DNA of 64,000 nt, from assembly GCA_004431415.1 (NCBI GenBank), contig QPMI01000649.1, positions 76,870 to 140,869 of the forward strand, in the 5' to 3' direction. The DNA is from Cyanophora paradoxa CCMP329. Taxonomy: Eukaryota > Plantae > Glaucophyta. The stretch's first letter is position 1. Each line of letters opens with the position of its first letter. A program made the translations under genes and the position numbers. Shown here piece by piece: positions 50,151-63,104 of the stretch. Below the pieces are notes generated by a model, which saw only the letters and a list, made by a program, of their open reading frames with translations, searched no databases and was not told where the DNA came from.

Positions 50151-50981
50151 GACTTCGTAGATTGTCGAACAAAGCCGAAACTGAAATTCGAAATGAGACC
50201 AGAGGCAAGAGCTTTGCAATTGCTCGCATATTTGCATTGGCCAGCGGCTAAAATTAATGGCGGGGTTCCTTGATCTTCTTTTAAATTTTCATCCCGTGAT
50301 GGGCCATGTGGCTCTCTAGATCCTCCTATTTGTTTCTGGGGCGAGGCGCTGGGGCCATGTGGCTTTCTAGATCTAGATCTAGATTCGACGAGGCGCCGGG
50401 GCACGTGCACCGGCATCTGTAATTATAAGCTGCAAACAAAATTATTAAGTATTGCAATTTGATATCCATGCTGCAGCGCATGCGCAAGTTGGAATCGTAC
50501 GCGTCCTCACAATCGCCAGGCTAAGGGCGCCTGAGGCCCTGAGTTCCAGACCGACCACGCCTCAGCTGGATTTTCACCTCAGGGCCCGTGTCCCCGTGCG
50601 TCTTCAGATATCATCCATATAATTATAATTCGACGGGGCATGTGCACCAGCATCTCCCAGCTGCAAATGAAACTACTACATATATACTTATTAGGTCCTG
50701 TCCGGCGGTCATTTCGTTATCTATAGCTATATGCATGCTGCAGTGAGCTCAAGGGCGCATAGGCTTCGTACGCGTGCTCTAGATCTAGATCTTGCCCATA
50801 TCCCCCTGGATCTTCACCTGTATCCCCCTGCGTCTTCAAAAAAACAGTGCCTCCCCCATGCCATGGCCAGGCCATGGCCAGGCCAGCGGTACGGTCGGCA
50901 CACGTGCAGGGGAGCAAGCGCAAAGGCCAGACAAATATTAGAATTCCAAAGAATTCCTAGGCCTCTAGTCTACTACTGTAG

Positions 50982-53900
50982 CTACTCCTCCTCGGCGTCC
51001 CGCTCGGCCGAGGGCGGCGCGGGGGCGGCGGGGCCGGCGGGGGCGGGCCCCTCGGGGGGCCCCGGCCCGAGGGCGCGGATGTACCCGTCCAGCCGCCGCA
51101 GCGCCGAGAGGGCCTGCGGGGGGAAGGGGGTGGGGGTGTGAGCTTAAGGTGAGGGGTCCAAGTCGAAGGGGCTGGGAAGCTGGGGGGCGGGGCGGTGCGC
51201 ACGGAGTCTCGGAGGGAGACAAAGGCGTGCGGGGGCGCGCCCGTCACTGCCGGGTGGTCCGGGTTGATCCGCACCTGCCCCCGCCCCCGCCCGGCTCAAG
51301 AGGGGCCGAGGCGGAGGCGGGAGGGCCGGGGCGGACGAGAGTGGTGCCGCGGTCGGCGGTCTCGCGCAGCAGCCGCTCGCTGTTCCGCCGCACCGTCGGC
51401 ACCTGCCGCCCCGCCCCGCCCCGCCCGCTCAGCGCCCCAGCTCCCCGCCGCCTCTCAAGATTTCCCCTGGGCCAGCGGCGCTTCTTCTCTTCCCGGGCCC
51501 CTCCCGCTTCGGGGGCGGGGCGCACCCTCAGGCCGCAGCCGGCCTCGAGGACGACGAGGCGGCGCCCCGGGTCCTCCCGCAGCGCCCGCCGCACCCGCCG
51601 CTCCCACCGCCTGCCCGCAGCCGTCGCCGTGGTGCGGGGGCGGAAGGGCGGAGGGGGGGGGCCGAGGGAGAGGAGAGCGCACCGGTAGGGCCCGTCGTCG
51701 CGCTCGACCCAGGCGCCGTCCTCGAACATCAGCACGTCTGCGGCGTGCCTCGGAGGAGAAGAGAGAGAGGGGCGGGGCAGCGCGGGGCGGGGCGCACTCG
51801 GGCGGGCGGCGCCCCCGCAGAACTTGCAGCGCACGTGGTTCTCCCTCCCCCCTGCCCGCCCCGCAAGACTTCTCAGCACACTCTACTCGGTGGGGGGGTA
51901 CGCGCGCGGACCGGCGTAGTCGGCGTACGGCTCCCCGGGGGGGCCCTTCTTCGCGGCGGGGGCCCGCATCGTCCCCGCGTCCACCTGGCGGAGGATGGGT
52001 GGATACAGGGGTACAGGAAAGAAGGAAGGGGGAATGAGAAGGGGGTACCTCGAAGCGGAAGGCGGGGCTGATGCGCCACGCGACGTCGGGCCGGCACGGC
52101 CGCGCGCACTGCCACTCCATCACCGACCTGCTCAGATCAGATCAGATCCGACCGGGTCGGATCAGACTCATATGAGGAGAGAAAGACGGAGGCAGGATTC
52201 GAACCCGTGGATCTCGTGGACCTCGCGCCCCTGCAGGAAACCGCTCCTGCGCGCCCCGGAGTGAGCGCGCCCTGTACCCCCCCAGGCTCGGCCAGCCGGC
52301 ACCGGGGGAACATGGAGTCGACGTTGCTCGTGTAGACGAAGAAGGCGTCGCTCGTCCCGTCCGACCGCGTACCCCTCGCCGCCCCCCGCCTCCCCTCCGC
52401 ACCCTCCCCCGGGGCCGAGGCGGCGGCGGCCGCTGTCGCCGAGCCCCCCGCGGGGGCGCTCGGGGGCCGCCGCGCCGCGGAGCCCGCCCGCGCCCGCCTC
52501 GAGTCCCGCCGCGGCCTGCTCCCGCCCCCGACATCAAAATCCAAGAGGGGGGTGAATTCCTATGCGAAAGAGGGGTACCGGGAGTAGGACCCGTCGAAGA
52601 GCGCCGCCTTCCAGCGGGCCAGGATGGCGTACCCCTCGTGGGGCTTCGAGTCGAGGTAGCTGTTGAAGCACGAGCCCCAGAAGCCTCGCGGGGTAGAGCG
52701 AAAAATCAGGGCAAAGATTCTACAGGGGCAAGGGGAAGGGTACCGTAGAAGATCTCCGGGTCATCCTGAATCCACTTCGGGTCGCACAGGTCCGCGTAGG
52801 TCAGGCCTGGCGGGTACGGCGTTTAGGGGAAGGGGGCGAGACGCAGGCGGCGACGGCGCGCGCCCATGCGGCGGTACGGGGGTACGTCGGCGATGTCCTT
52901 GTACACGGCGAGGCCGCTGAACGATGACAGGGACGCGCGCGTCAGGACGGACGTGGAGAGAAGAGGCAAGAGGGGGGCTACGGGATTCTTTAAGGCGGCG
53001 GGGCGCACCAGTCGGCGGAGAAGCCGGCGCCGGCGGAGACGAGGAGGAAGTCGGCCCCGAGGATGGCCGCCGCTGCGCGCTCCGCGGGGGAGAGGGGCGC
53101 CGGGGGCCCCGCCCTCGCCGCCGGCACCGAGGCCGCCGAGAGGGGCCGCGAGGGGGCGCCGGCGGGGGCGCCGGCGGGGGCGGGGGGGCCAGGGCCCGGG
53201 GCGCCCCCGGGGCGAGGCCCGGGAGGAAGGCCGGGCGGGGGCCGTCGCGGCCCGCGGCGCCGAAGAGGGGCCGGCAGCCGCGGTGGAGGCCGAAGAGGGG
53301 GAGGAGGAGGGCGGGGGGCGGGGCGGGGGACGGGGCGGGGCTCGAGGCCGCCTCCGCGTAGCTCCGGGGGTACCGGGTTGCTGGCGGCTCGGATGGGACG
53401 GGACCCCTCGCGGGGGCCTCGGGGGACGGAGCGGGTAGGGACGAGTCCGGGGGGAAGGGGGGAGGAGAAGAGGACGGAGGGGTAGGCGCGGGCGCCGGCG
53501 GTGGCGGGGGCGGTGCAGCGGCTACGGAGGGCGGCGACTTCGGAGGGCGCGGCGCGGGCTTGGCGGCGGGGGAGGGCGGCGAGGGGCGGATCTGGTGGGC
53601 GGTCGCCGGCGGGGGCGGGGGCAGCGGGGCCGGGCGGGGCCTGCCGGGGCCGGAAGAATCGGAGGAGGGCGGGAAGCGTGGGGGGTAGGGACGGTCGAGG
53701 GGCGGGCCGGGGCGGGGCGGCGGCGGGACGGGTATAGGAGAGGTCCGCGTCGCTGCCCCAGGCGCGGCGGCGGGCGGCCTGGGCGGCAGCCGCGCCGCCG
53801 CCGGCGGGCGAGTGGCCGCGGTCGCGGGCGGGGGACGGCGGAGCCCTCCCGCCGGGATTCGAAGCGGGGGCCGACGCGGGGCTCGCCCCCGGCTGCCGCA

Positions 53901-54339
53901 GAGCGGACAAGGCGCTCCGGAAGCTGCCGCCCCGCGCCTGGGTCGCCGTCGCCGCGCCGGCCGCCGCGCGGGCGGCCGAGGCGGCTGCCTGCGCACGAAA
54001 AGCCGCGAGGACGGCGGGGGAGACCAGCGCCCCGCGCGCGAGCTCCTGGGCGAGGGCGGGTTCCGAGGGAAGGCGCTGTCGGTCCGAGCCAGCGGGGGCT
54101 CCGACTCCGATCCGCGGGGCCGCCGTCACGCTCGGCGAGAGCTGCAGCGAGTCTTCGTCGCGCTCAGCACCCGCAGGCTGCGCCGCTGCACTCCTGGCGG
54201 GCCGCTCGTCGACGCTGACGCGCCTTTGCGCCTGCCTGCTGGGCGGGCAGAGGGTTGCAGAGGCCGGACGCTCTGTCAGCCGCACTCTGGTCGCCTTGGG
54301 CTGCATCCCCTCGCCTAGTCCGAGGCCTTCCCAGTACAT
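50982..54339 (-). CDS. Sir2-family NAD-dependent deacylase (bacterial-like subtype) with about 430-aa disordered N-terminal extension; multi-exon
   Basis: ADFLLVSAGAGFSADSGL, FWGSCFNSY...PHEGY, FFVYTSNVD, EIHG, QCARPC, CKFCGGAARP.VLMFED, LVVLEAGCG, VPTVR, VRINP. Stop TAG 50982-50984. Confidence 0.88.
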
Positions 54340-54605
54340 GCTCGCGCTCCTTCGCTGCTCGCGAGTCGCGCTAGAGTCGAGCTGACAGGAAGGGACGCGT
54401 CTGCATCTCTCTGGATAGCGCAGCTGCACTGCGGTGAGGCTCCGAACAGTTCGCCGGCTCGACTTCAGCGGACGGATGCGGCGAAAGCGACGAGCTGTAC
54501 CGGTACCCTGAAATCTGCTGCGGAGCCTGCGGAGCCTGCGGCCCGCGGGACCCTGAAGGAACTTCTTAGCTGGGCCCTCTGGGCTAGCTATAGCCTATAA
54601 GGGCG

Positions 54606-56937
54606 ATGGATTCTGATTCCGGCCCCGCGGACGGCGCTGGCCAGTCTGGCAAGGGCGCCGACAAAAAGAAGCTAAGCAGGTACGCGCCGCCCGCCGCTTG
54701 CTGACGTCTCCGAGGCTCACAAAGCACCGCATGCAGTCGCGAGTCGTCGAAGCGCTTCAGGGAGAAGGTCTCACGCTTGCGGGTCACGTCAAGCGCTCCT
54801 AGGCAGCCTCGCTCACGCGTACGCCGCAGAAGAAAGCCCTGGAGAAGACACTGGCTGAAGAGAACGCGGCGCTACGGGACGTGCGCCTGGTCGATGCCGG
54901 ACGTTCAGCAGCGTAGCTGAGCTGCCCCGCGCGCAGGCGCTCGAGGAGGCGAGGCGGAATCTAGCTTCTACGCACCTCGATGCCTCCGCCCATCACGTTG
55001 AAATGCACCAGGCGATGGTCCGCCCGCGCATTCCCGCGCCCGCTCGCGTCTTCGCTCCGCCGGATCGAATGTTTTTCATCGCAGCGGGCGGCGGTGGAGC
55101 AGCTGCAGCGGAGCTTGCCGAACGCGATTGTGAAGAGCGTGCAGGACACGTTCCAGGCGCGGGACCGGGCGTCCGCGACCGTCAGCCAGACCGTCCGGCG
55201 CCTAGAGAGCGTCATCGCGCCCCTCGCCTTCAGCGTGCGCTCGCCGCTGGGCGGTGGCGGCCGCTGCGCCGGCACCGACCCCTCCGCAGGAGCTCTCGCT
55301 TTACTTGACTTTCGCAAGTCAAGAGCACAGAAAAGGCAACGCAAGTACGCGGCCCCGCCATCCCCCCAAGGCGCCCCCGGGCCGGCCAGGCGGCCCGCGT
55401 CGCCCGGCCCCGACTCTGGCGCAGCGCCCGGCGATTCTCTCCTGCAGTCCCTCTATGAGGCGATCGAGCGCTCGAAACCTGCGGGACAGACGGCGTCGTC
55501 TCTAAACCCGGTGCGACCGGCCCTTGACCCGCGCGGCGCCGCCTCCCGAGCCCTGACCAGGCTCGAACGAAAGATGGCGGAAGTTTTCTTCACGTGGCAT
55601 GGCCCCCGGATCAAGGAGCTGCTGGAGCAGAAGAGTCGCCTGAGAAGTACGTACCCCCTCCCACCCTGCCCCCTTCCCATCCTTTGCCGACGCCCCCCTG
55701 CACCAGCGATTTTGCAGGAGGCCCTGGTAACCCCTCTCCCGGTCCCGCCTAGCGGACACCCGCGCGCCTGCAGCTTAGCGCCCCCGCAGGAGCTCATGCA
55801 GAAGATCGACGAGGGGGACGCGTTCTACAGGAAGGAGGTACGAGCTCGAATCCCCGCGGGGCCCGTTTGCTTCGGCTCGGAGAGCCGAGCGCCCCGCGCA
55901 GATCGAGCCGCAGCTCATTGCGAACATGGCCCCGAAGCAGCTCGTCGCGAGCTTCCGCTGGCTCCAGGAGTGCGCCGTACCCCCGTCCCGCCGCTGGGGA
56001 CCCCCGAGCTTTCCCTCGTCTGAGGCGCCGTACCCCCCCCCCCCCAACCCCCAAGGAACATCGGGCCGCTGCAGGACCTCGTGTTCGGGTACAGGATCGA
56101 CCTGAGCTCGGAGATGAGCCGCGGGTCGCTCTTCGGCTCGCGTACCCCCCTGGGGGGAGGCGCCGCTTCCCCGACCGCCGCCTCTTCCCCGCCCACACAC
56201 ACCCCCACGTCGACGTACGCGATGCCGGCGTACACGACCCCGCCTCCCCCCGCGGCGCCGTCCGACCCGATGGGCGTCCTCTCCCCCCCGCTCTTCGACC
56301 CCCTCCTCCCGCTTGACCTCCCCTCGGACCTGGCCCCCCTTCCCGAGCCGCCCGCCGCGGTACCCCCGACGGCACCCAGCCCCATCCCGGCCGCCGCCGC
56401 CTCCTCAACCCCCGCCCCCGCCCCCGCTCCGGCCCCGGCCCCGGCCCCCGGGCTGCTCCACCCGGGGACGGCGCGCAAGCGGGGGGCCGGCGAGCCTCCG
56501 CCGGGCGCCCGCCCGCGCAGCTCGCCGCCGGGCCGCCCCGCCCCGGCTCGGCGGGCCCGGCGCCCCGGGGCGGCCCTACCCCCCGACGAGCTCCGCGACC
56601 TGATCCGGCAGGCCGTCGCCAAGGAGGCGCGTACCCCTCCTCCCCCCCCCTCCTGCCGCACCGCCTCGCTGACGTACCCCTGCAGCTGGCCGCTTTGCTC
56701 CAGGTGCCCCCGAGCCCGCCGCCCTGGCCGGACCCTCCGGAGGCGGCGGCGGCCGCGAATCCAGCGCCGCTGGAGCTGGCCGCCGCCCCGCTCTCGCCTG
56801 GGCCCGGGCCCTGGGCGGGGGCATCGGGCCCGGGGGCCCCCGGGGAGAGCCCCCTGGCCATGGGGCCTGGCTACCTCTCTCCGTCGTTCGTCTTCGGGGA
56901 TGGGCCCCACGACGCCGAGGGGTTCGGGGGCACGTAG
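54606..56937 (+). CDS. bZIP-like transcription factor with variant basic region; multi-exon
   Basis: Spliced DKKKLSSRESSKRFREKKKALEKTLAEENAALRDALEEARRNL gives basic region + R-x9-L-x6-L zipper spacing. P-rich C-terminus; stop TAG 56935-56937. Confidence 0.7.
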
Positions 56938-57854
56938 CCGCTCTGCAGCCCAGTGAGGTAGAGCCGCCAGTGCCCCGCCACCCTTGCGATTGCACGCCGC
57001 TCCTATCCGGTCATGGGGTTCTCTAGAATCTGGGCCCGTCTAGGGCTCTAGGACAGAATTTGAACTTTGAAGCCGCGGTCCAGCGGCTACAGGCTACAGC
57101 CAGCCTGAGCCAGGCCTGCGCATGCGCATGCGGTCGACGCGTACGTCTTGGGACTCTTGGCTGCGGAAAATGGTCCGCGGACCGCGGTACCGGTAGGTCC
57201 GGTACCGGTCCGGGATCCGGCAGTGGACCGGCAGTGCCACAGTGGACTGGCATGCGGCGCCCATGCGCAGTGTCCGGCCCGAGCGCAGTCAACTTGCAAC
57301 GTCCGACGGTCGACGTCTTCACCGGGCACGTAAGTTTACGTAACGGCCGGGCGTCCGACGGCGGTCAGTGCCGGTCACGGCGCCGACGTCGACGCCGGAC
57401 CGACGCCGGTCCGACGGTCCGACGGTCGTGCTCCGTCAGACTGGCGTCAGTGTGCTCCCCGGGCCCGCACGTACGGCACGGACCCGCACGGTACGGGCCC
57501 GCAGGGCCGCAGCCTCCCGGTGCTCCGATCCGTCATTTGTTTTGAGGCCTAGGGCCCAGGCTAGGGGGCATTCAGCGCCCGGTCGCGGACCCGCGGTACC
57601 CCGGCCGGGTTGACGTCGACTTGCACGGTTGTTGCACGGTAACTTGCACCAGCAGCCGCGCAGAAGTCTGCAGCTCGGACAGCTCCGCGCGCGCGCCGTG
57701 TAGCAGTCAGCATCAATCATCAATCTTATGCAGTGGACTTGAGCCGAGCGGCCCGAGCCTCGGAGTGACGCAGTCGCCTTCCGATCTGCGTACGCGTACG
57801 ACGTCGACGTCGGCGACACCCGTCACGTTCGAAATTATCGCCTCTCAGGCTGCC

Positions 57855-57907
57855 CAACACATCGCCGGCGCCAGTTTCAACACATCGCCGGCGCCAGTTT
57901 TCAACAC
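57855..57907. repeat. 23-bp tandem repeat x2.3 (caacacatcgccggcgccagttt) upstream of the kinase-ATPase gene
   Basis: Exact copies at 57855-57877 and 57878-57900, plus a partial copy. Confidence 0.85.
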
Positions 57908-58125
57908 CTTCGGGCATACGTCGCAGCAGCTTGATCCGGATCCTTCTCGTCGCACCGCACTTCGGGCGCAGCGGACGTAGCCATCTGCTGCTCTCTGAGC
58001 AGAGCGGAATGAAAGAACGCGCAGCAGAGTCCCGCTGACTGCGAATCACGCTTATAAATTAGCCGAGCCCGCGGGAATTCGAAATCGGAGTTCCGGGTCG
58101 CGGAGCCGCAGAGCACGATCCACGA

Positions 58126-61100
58126 ATGGCGCGGGACGCTGCAGCAGCCGGCAGTGGGCAGGAGACGCTCGCCAGGTGCGCCCGCCCGCCCTCAATTCGG
58201 ATCCGCGCCGCGCGTCCGCGTGCCCGCTTCGAACGCCGCGCATTTGCAGCCTGCTGGAGCGCGAGGCGCCCCTGGCGCTCCCGCGCTTTCTGCAGCTGGC
58301 GATCCCCTTGGCGGAGCTCCTGCACTCCCGCCACACGCGGGCGCCCCGGCCCGCCCTCCTCCTCTCCCGCTTCCACGTGAGCTCCGCCGCCGCGGAGCGC
58401 GCGCGCACGTACGCCCCGATCGCGAGTCCTGACGCATTCGCCGCGCACGCGCAGCCCCGCATCCTCGTCGTGCACACGGCAGCCGCAGGCTCCGGTCCGC
58501 CGCGCGTCTTCGCGCCGCCCCGCTCCCGACCGAGGCTCACGCACACGCAGGCGGCCCCGCGGTCCGCTTCGAGGCGCTTCACGAGCCGGGGCCGGCGGGG
58601 TTCGTCTACACGGCCCCGGAGCTGACCGGGCGCATGGGGCCCGCGGAGGGTGCGTGCGACACCGGCGCTTTGATTGCGGCTGGGGGGGCCCGCCCTCTTT
58701 TGATCCGCTCTTGAGCGGCGCGGCGCAGGCCCGGACGAGTCTACGGACCTGTACCTCCTCGGGGTACGCCCATTCCGGACGGTGGGGTACCCGTCGCGAG
58801 ACGCGGGGGGTACGCAGGTTGTGCTGTACGAGATGCTGGCGGGGCGACCTCCCTTCGACACCGGCGCCCCCCTGGAACTGATCCACGCGCACCTCGCCAG
58901 GCGGTGCGGTACCCCCTGCCCTCCCCCGCATCGCACCTTGCCCATACCCCCCGTCAGGCCGCCGCCGCTCCAGCGCGCCAACCCCGCCGTACCCCCCGTC
59001 GTAGCGGCGATCGTAGAGGCGCGCGCGGCTCCCTCACCGCCATACCCCGACTTATTCCCGTACCCCCGCAGCGCCTCCTCGCGAAGACGAAAGCGGAGCG
59101 CTACCGCAGCGCCTTCGGCTGCGCCCACGACCTGCGCCGGTACCCCCCATCCCCCCCCCCCCCCCCAGCTCAGCCCCCCGCCCGCAGGTGCCTGGGCCTG
59201 GCCCCGGGCGACGCGGAGGCGTCGGCCGCCTTAGCGCTGGGGGAGCGGGACCGGAGCGCCCGGCTCGCCCTCCCCGACGTCCTCTACGGGCGGGAGGAGC
59301 ACCTCGGGGCCGCCCTCGCCGCCTGCCGCCGCGCCTCGGCCCGCCCGCCCCCTCCACCACCCCGCCCTCTCCGCGCCAGCCAACGGGGGCCCGCAGGAGG
59401 GCGGCTGGCCGGCCCTCGTCGCCGTCCGGGGCTCCCCGTGCGCATGCGCACCCTCCGCTAACCCTACACAGCGGAGCCGCGCCTACACAGCGGCCGACCC
59501 CGGCTCGCTCGCCGCAGGGGCTCCGGGAAGACGTTCTTCGTGCGCGAGCTGGGCCGCACCGCCCTCGCCCTCGGCTCCGCCCAGGTGCCAGGGGGCCCCC
59601 GGGTCCGCCGGCGGGGTCGGGGGGCGGGGAGGGCCGCGCCTGGTCCATCTCCTGGCGGGCCGGGGGTAGACTAGGCTTAGCCCAGGCCGCGGCGCCCCCA
59701 TGTCCCCTCCCCCTGAACGCAGCCCGCGATACCGCTTAGCCGCCTGAGCCTTCGCCTGTCTCTGAGCCGCTGAGCCGCCGAGACGCACCCGCGCAGCGCT
59801 TTGTTGTGGGCAAGGCCGACCAGGCGCGCCCCCGCCCCGCCCCGTACCCCCCCCGCCTTCTCCCCCCCTCACTTTTGCCGCAGTACAATCAGGCCCCCGG
59901 GGCCGTCTGGTTCGGCGCCCTCGAGGACCTCGTCTGCCAGGTACCCCCCCCCTTGCTTCCCCCCCCCCCCCCCCTTCTCGTCCCCCTCCGACCCTCGGGA
60001 CCAGCTCCTCTCGAACCCGGCGGAGGTACCCCTCTGGCGCGCTGCAATGCTGGACGCATTGCGGGTACGATCCCCCGCAATCCTCTTTCGACACGTGCTT
60101 GATTGGCGTACCCCCAGGAAAACGCGCGGCTGTTAGTCGACGTCGCGCCGGCCGCGAAGCTCCTCCTCGGACCGGTACCGCCCTCTCCGCCCGCGCCGTA
60201 CCCCTGGGGCGACCGCGCCCCGCGCGCTTCCCCACCGCAGGGCCTGCCGCCCCTTCCGGAGGTCGCCCCCAGCCAGAGCCAGGCGAGCGAGGGCTCGAGC
60301 CTGGACGGGTCCCTTTCTTTTCCTGAGCGCATCCGCGTACCCCCCGCAGGCCCGCTTCCGGCTCGTCTTCGAGGAGGCGCTGCGGGCGGCCGCGGGGGAC
60401 CGCCCGGAGCCGATCCTCGTCCTCCTCGACGACGCGCAGGTTCGAATCCCGCCGGGAACCTTTCTCCTCTGGCCGACCCGATGGGGGGCAGTGGGCGGGG
60501 GCGGACCCCCTGGCCCTGGCCGAGCACCTCCTCTCCCGCCCCAACCTGCCCCTTGTCATCGCCATGACCTACCGGTACCCCCTTTTCTTACCCGGAATTC
60601 TAGTACCCGCCGGCGTCCGATCCTAATCCCGCGCGCCGCAGGGATACCGAGATCGGGGATCGCCACCCGGCTGCCGAGTTCCTGTCGCGCGTCCGCGAGC
60701 TGTACCCCTCCCGCATCCTCGAGATCGCGGTGCCCCCGCCGGGCTCTCCCCTCCCTCCGACCCGCGTCCGACGACGCGTACCCCCCGCAGCTGGAGCCGA
60801 TGCGCGCTTCCGAGTGCCGCCGCCTCGTGGCTGACACGGTGCGCTCGAGCTCGCACTACTAACCCCTTCCTCCCGCCCGACCAAGCGGTGCCCTCCTTCC
60901 TCCGCAGCTGCGGCTCTACCCCGGGGACCCGCGAGGCGAGGCGCTCGCGGAGACGCTCATCCGCAAGACGAGCGGCAACCCCCTCCACGTGGTACCCCCA
61001 CTTCTCCCCTCCCCCGAACGAAGCCTAATACCGTACCCCCGCGCGCAGCTGCAGTTCCTGCGGGTGCTGCACGAGCAGGGGCTGCTCCGCTACGACTTCG

Positions 61101-63067
61101 AGGCGGACGGGTGGGCCTGGGAGCAGCCCGAGGCCCGCCCCTCCGTCTCCCTCTACTTGGACCCGCCCCGCCTCCGCCCCTTCTGACGGGCCGGGCGCTG
61201 GCTGCAGGTGGACGCGACGGGGGAGGGCGCCAGCGTGCTGGAGATCGTGGCGCTCTCCATCCGGGCCCTCCCGCCCGCCACCCAGCGCGCCCTCAAGGCC
61301 CGCCCCCGACCCCCCGCCCCTCCCCTTGAAGACCTCCGCTGAGGGGCGGCTGCAGGTGGCGAGCTGCTGGGGGGTCCTGTTTGACGCGCGCCTCCTCGCC
61401 GCCCTCCTCGAGGCCCCCGAGGCGGTCCGCCCGCCCCGAGGAGGAGGAGGAGAAGGGAGGGCAGGGGAGGAGATAGGCCTAAGGGGGGAGGGACGTTCCT
61501 GCGCCGCTCTTAGGCTTAGGCCAAGGCTTGACTTGGGGCGCGCCGCAGGAGGTGCTCGAGAGCCTGCAGCCGGCGGTCGCGGCCGGGCTCGTCGCCCCGC
61601 GCGCCCCGCCCCCGGCCCCGCCCCCGAGGTCCCCGGGCCCCTCCTCACTTAGTTAACCTCCCTCGGCTTGGCTGACCGGGCCCTGTTCTCTCCCTCCCTT
61701 CCTGAGCAGCCCGGACCCGATGGTTCTGGACACTCCCGAGGCCGCCCCGGATCCGGAGAGCGGCCCGGCCTCCGCGGCTGAAGCGGCGGGGCCGGGGGCG
61801 GAAACGGGGGCCGGGGCGGGGCCCGGGGAGGCCCCGGCCACCCTCTTCACCTTCCGCCACGACAAGATCCAGCAGGCGCTTCCCCCACCCCCTCCCCCCC
61901 AGCCCGCCCCTCACTCTCCTTTTTTAGGCGGCGCACGACATGATTGACGCGCGGGAGCTGCCGGCGCTCTGCTTCCGCGCCGGCCTCGTCCTCTTCCGCG
62001 CCGCCCCGGACCCGTGCGCTCGAAGGGCTGCTGGGGCAGACGAATCAAAGTAACGGGCGGGACATGTATAAAACACAAGTCGGAACGCAGAGCTGTTAGA
62101 AGAAGTTATCCTTCGCTTCTCCCCCGCCCGATCCGACGCCGCGGGCGGCAGGGCGGAGGCGCCGAACCTGTTCGACGCGGCGAACCTCCTCAGCGCCGGC
62201 CTCTCCGAGCCCCTCCTCCTCGAGGCCCGCCCCCGCCCCCGCCCCGCCCCCGGCCCCCCTCAGGCCCAGCTTGACGGGCGCGCAGGCGGACGCGGCGACG
62301 CTTTGCAGCGTGGCGCGCCTGAACGCCGCCGCCGCCCGCCGCGCCCGCGACCGCACCGCCTACCCCGCGCCTCCGAGTCCGCCTGCCCGCCCCGCCCCGC
62401 CCGCCCCGCCCAAAATCCTATCCCGGATCCAGCCTGGATCCTATCCTAGCCTAGCCTCGCCCCCGCCCCGCCCTGCCCTGCCTCCCCCCGCTGACCGCCT
62501 CTCTAGGTACGCGAACTGCGGGCTGCGGGCGCTGGCGCTGGCGGGGGGGCCCGCCCCACCCGACCTCGAGTTCACCCTCACCGTGCCCCCCGCTGCCGGC
62601 CCCCTCCCTCCCCCCGCCTTCCTCGGCGTGACGCCCGCCCGCCCGCCCGCCCCCGCAGCTGCTGGCGGCCGAGGCGGCGTACCTAATGGCCGACTTCGAG
62701 GGCGCCGAGAAGGGCTTCGCCGCCGCCACCCGCCTCGCCGCCCAGCCCTCCCAGCGCGCCCAGGGTGCCCTCGCTTCTTTTCCCTTTCGGTTCTTCTCTT
62801 CTTCTTAGGCTCCGCGCAGTGTACCGGCTGCGGATCGCGCTGCTGAGCTCCATGGGCCAGTTCCAGGCGCGCCCGTGCACGCGCCCCCCACCTAGACCTC
62901 GCGAGCTCCGCCGCCCCCCCCGGGACGCCTCCGAACGGGGCCGGCAGGCGAGCATCGAGCTGGGGCTGGAGTGCATGCGGGTCCTCTGGGGCGTCGACAT
63001 CCCCCGCGGTGCGCGCCCACGCCCTCCTATCCATCCCATCGCGCCCCGCCCCGCCCGGGCCCCGGCG

Positions 63068-63104
<37 letters not shown>

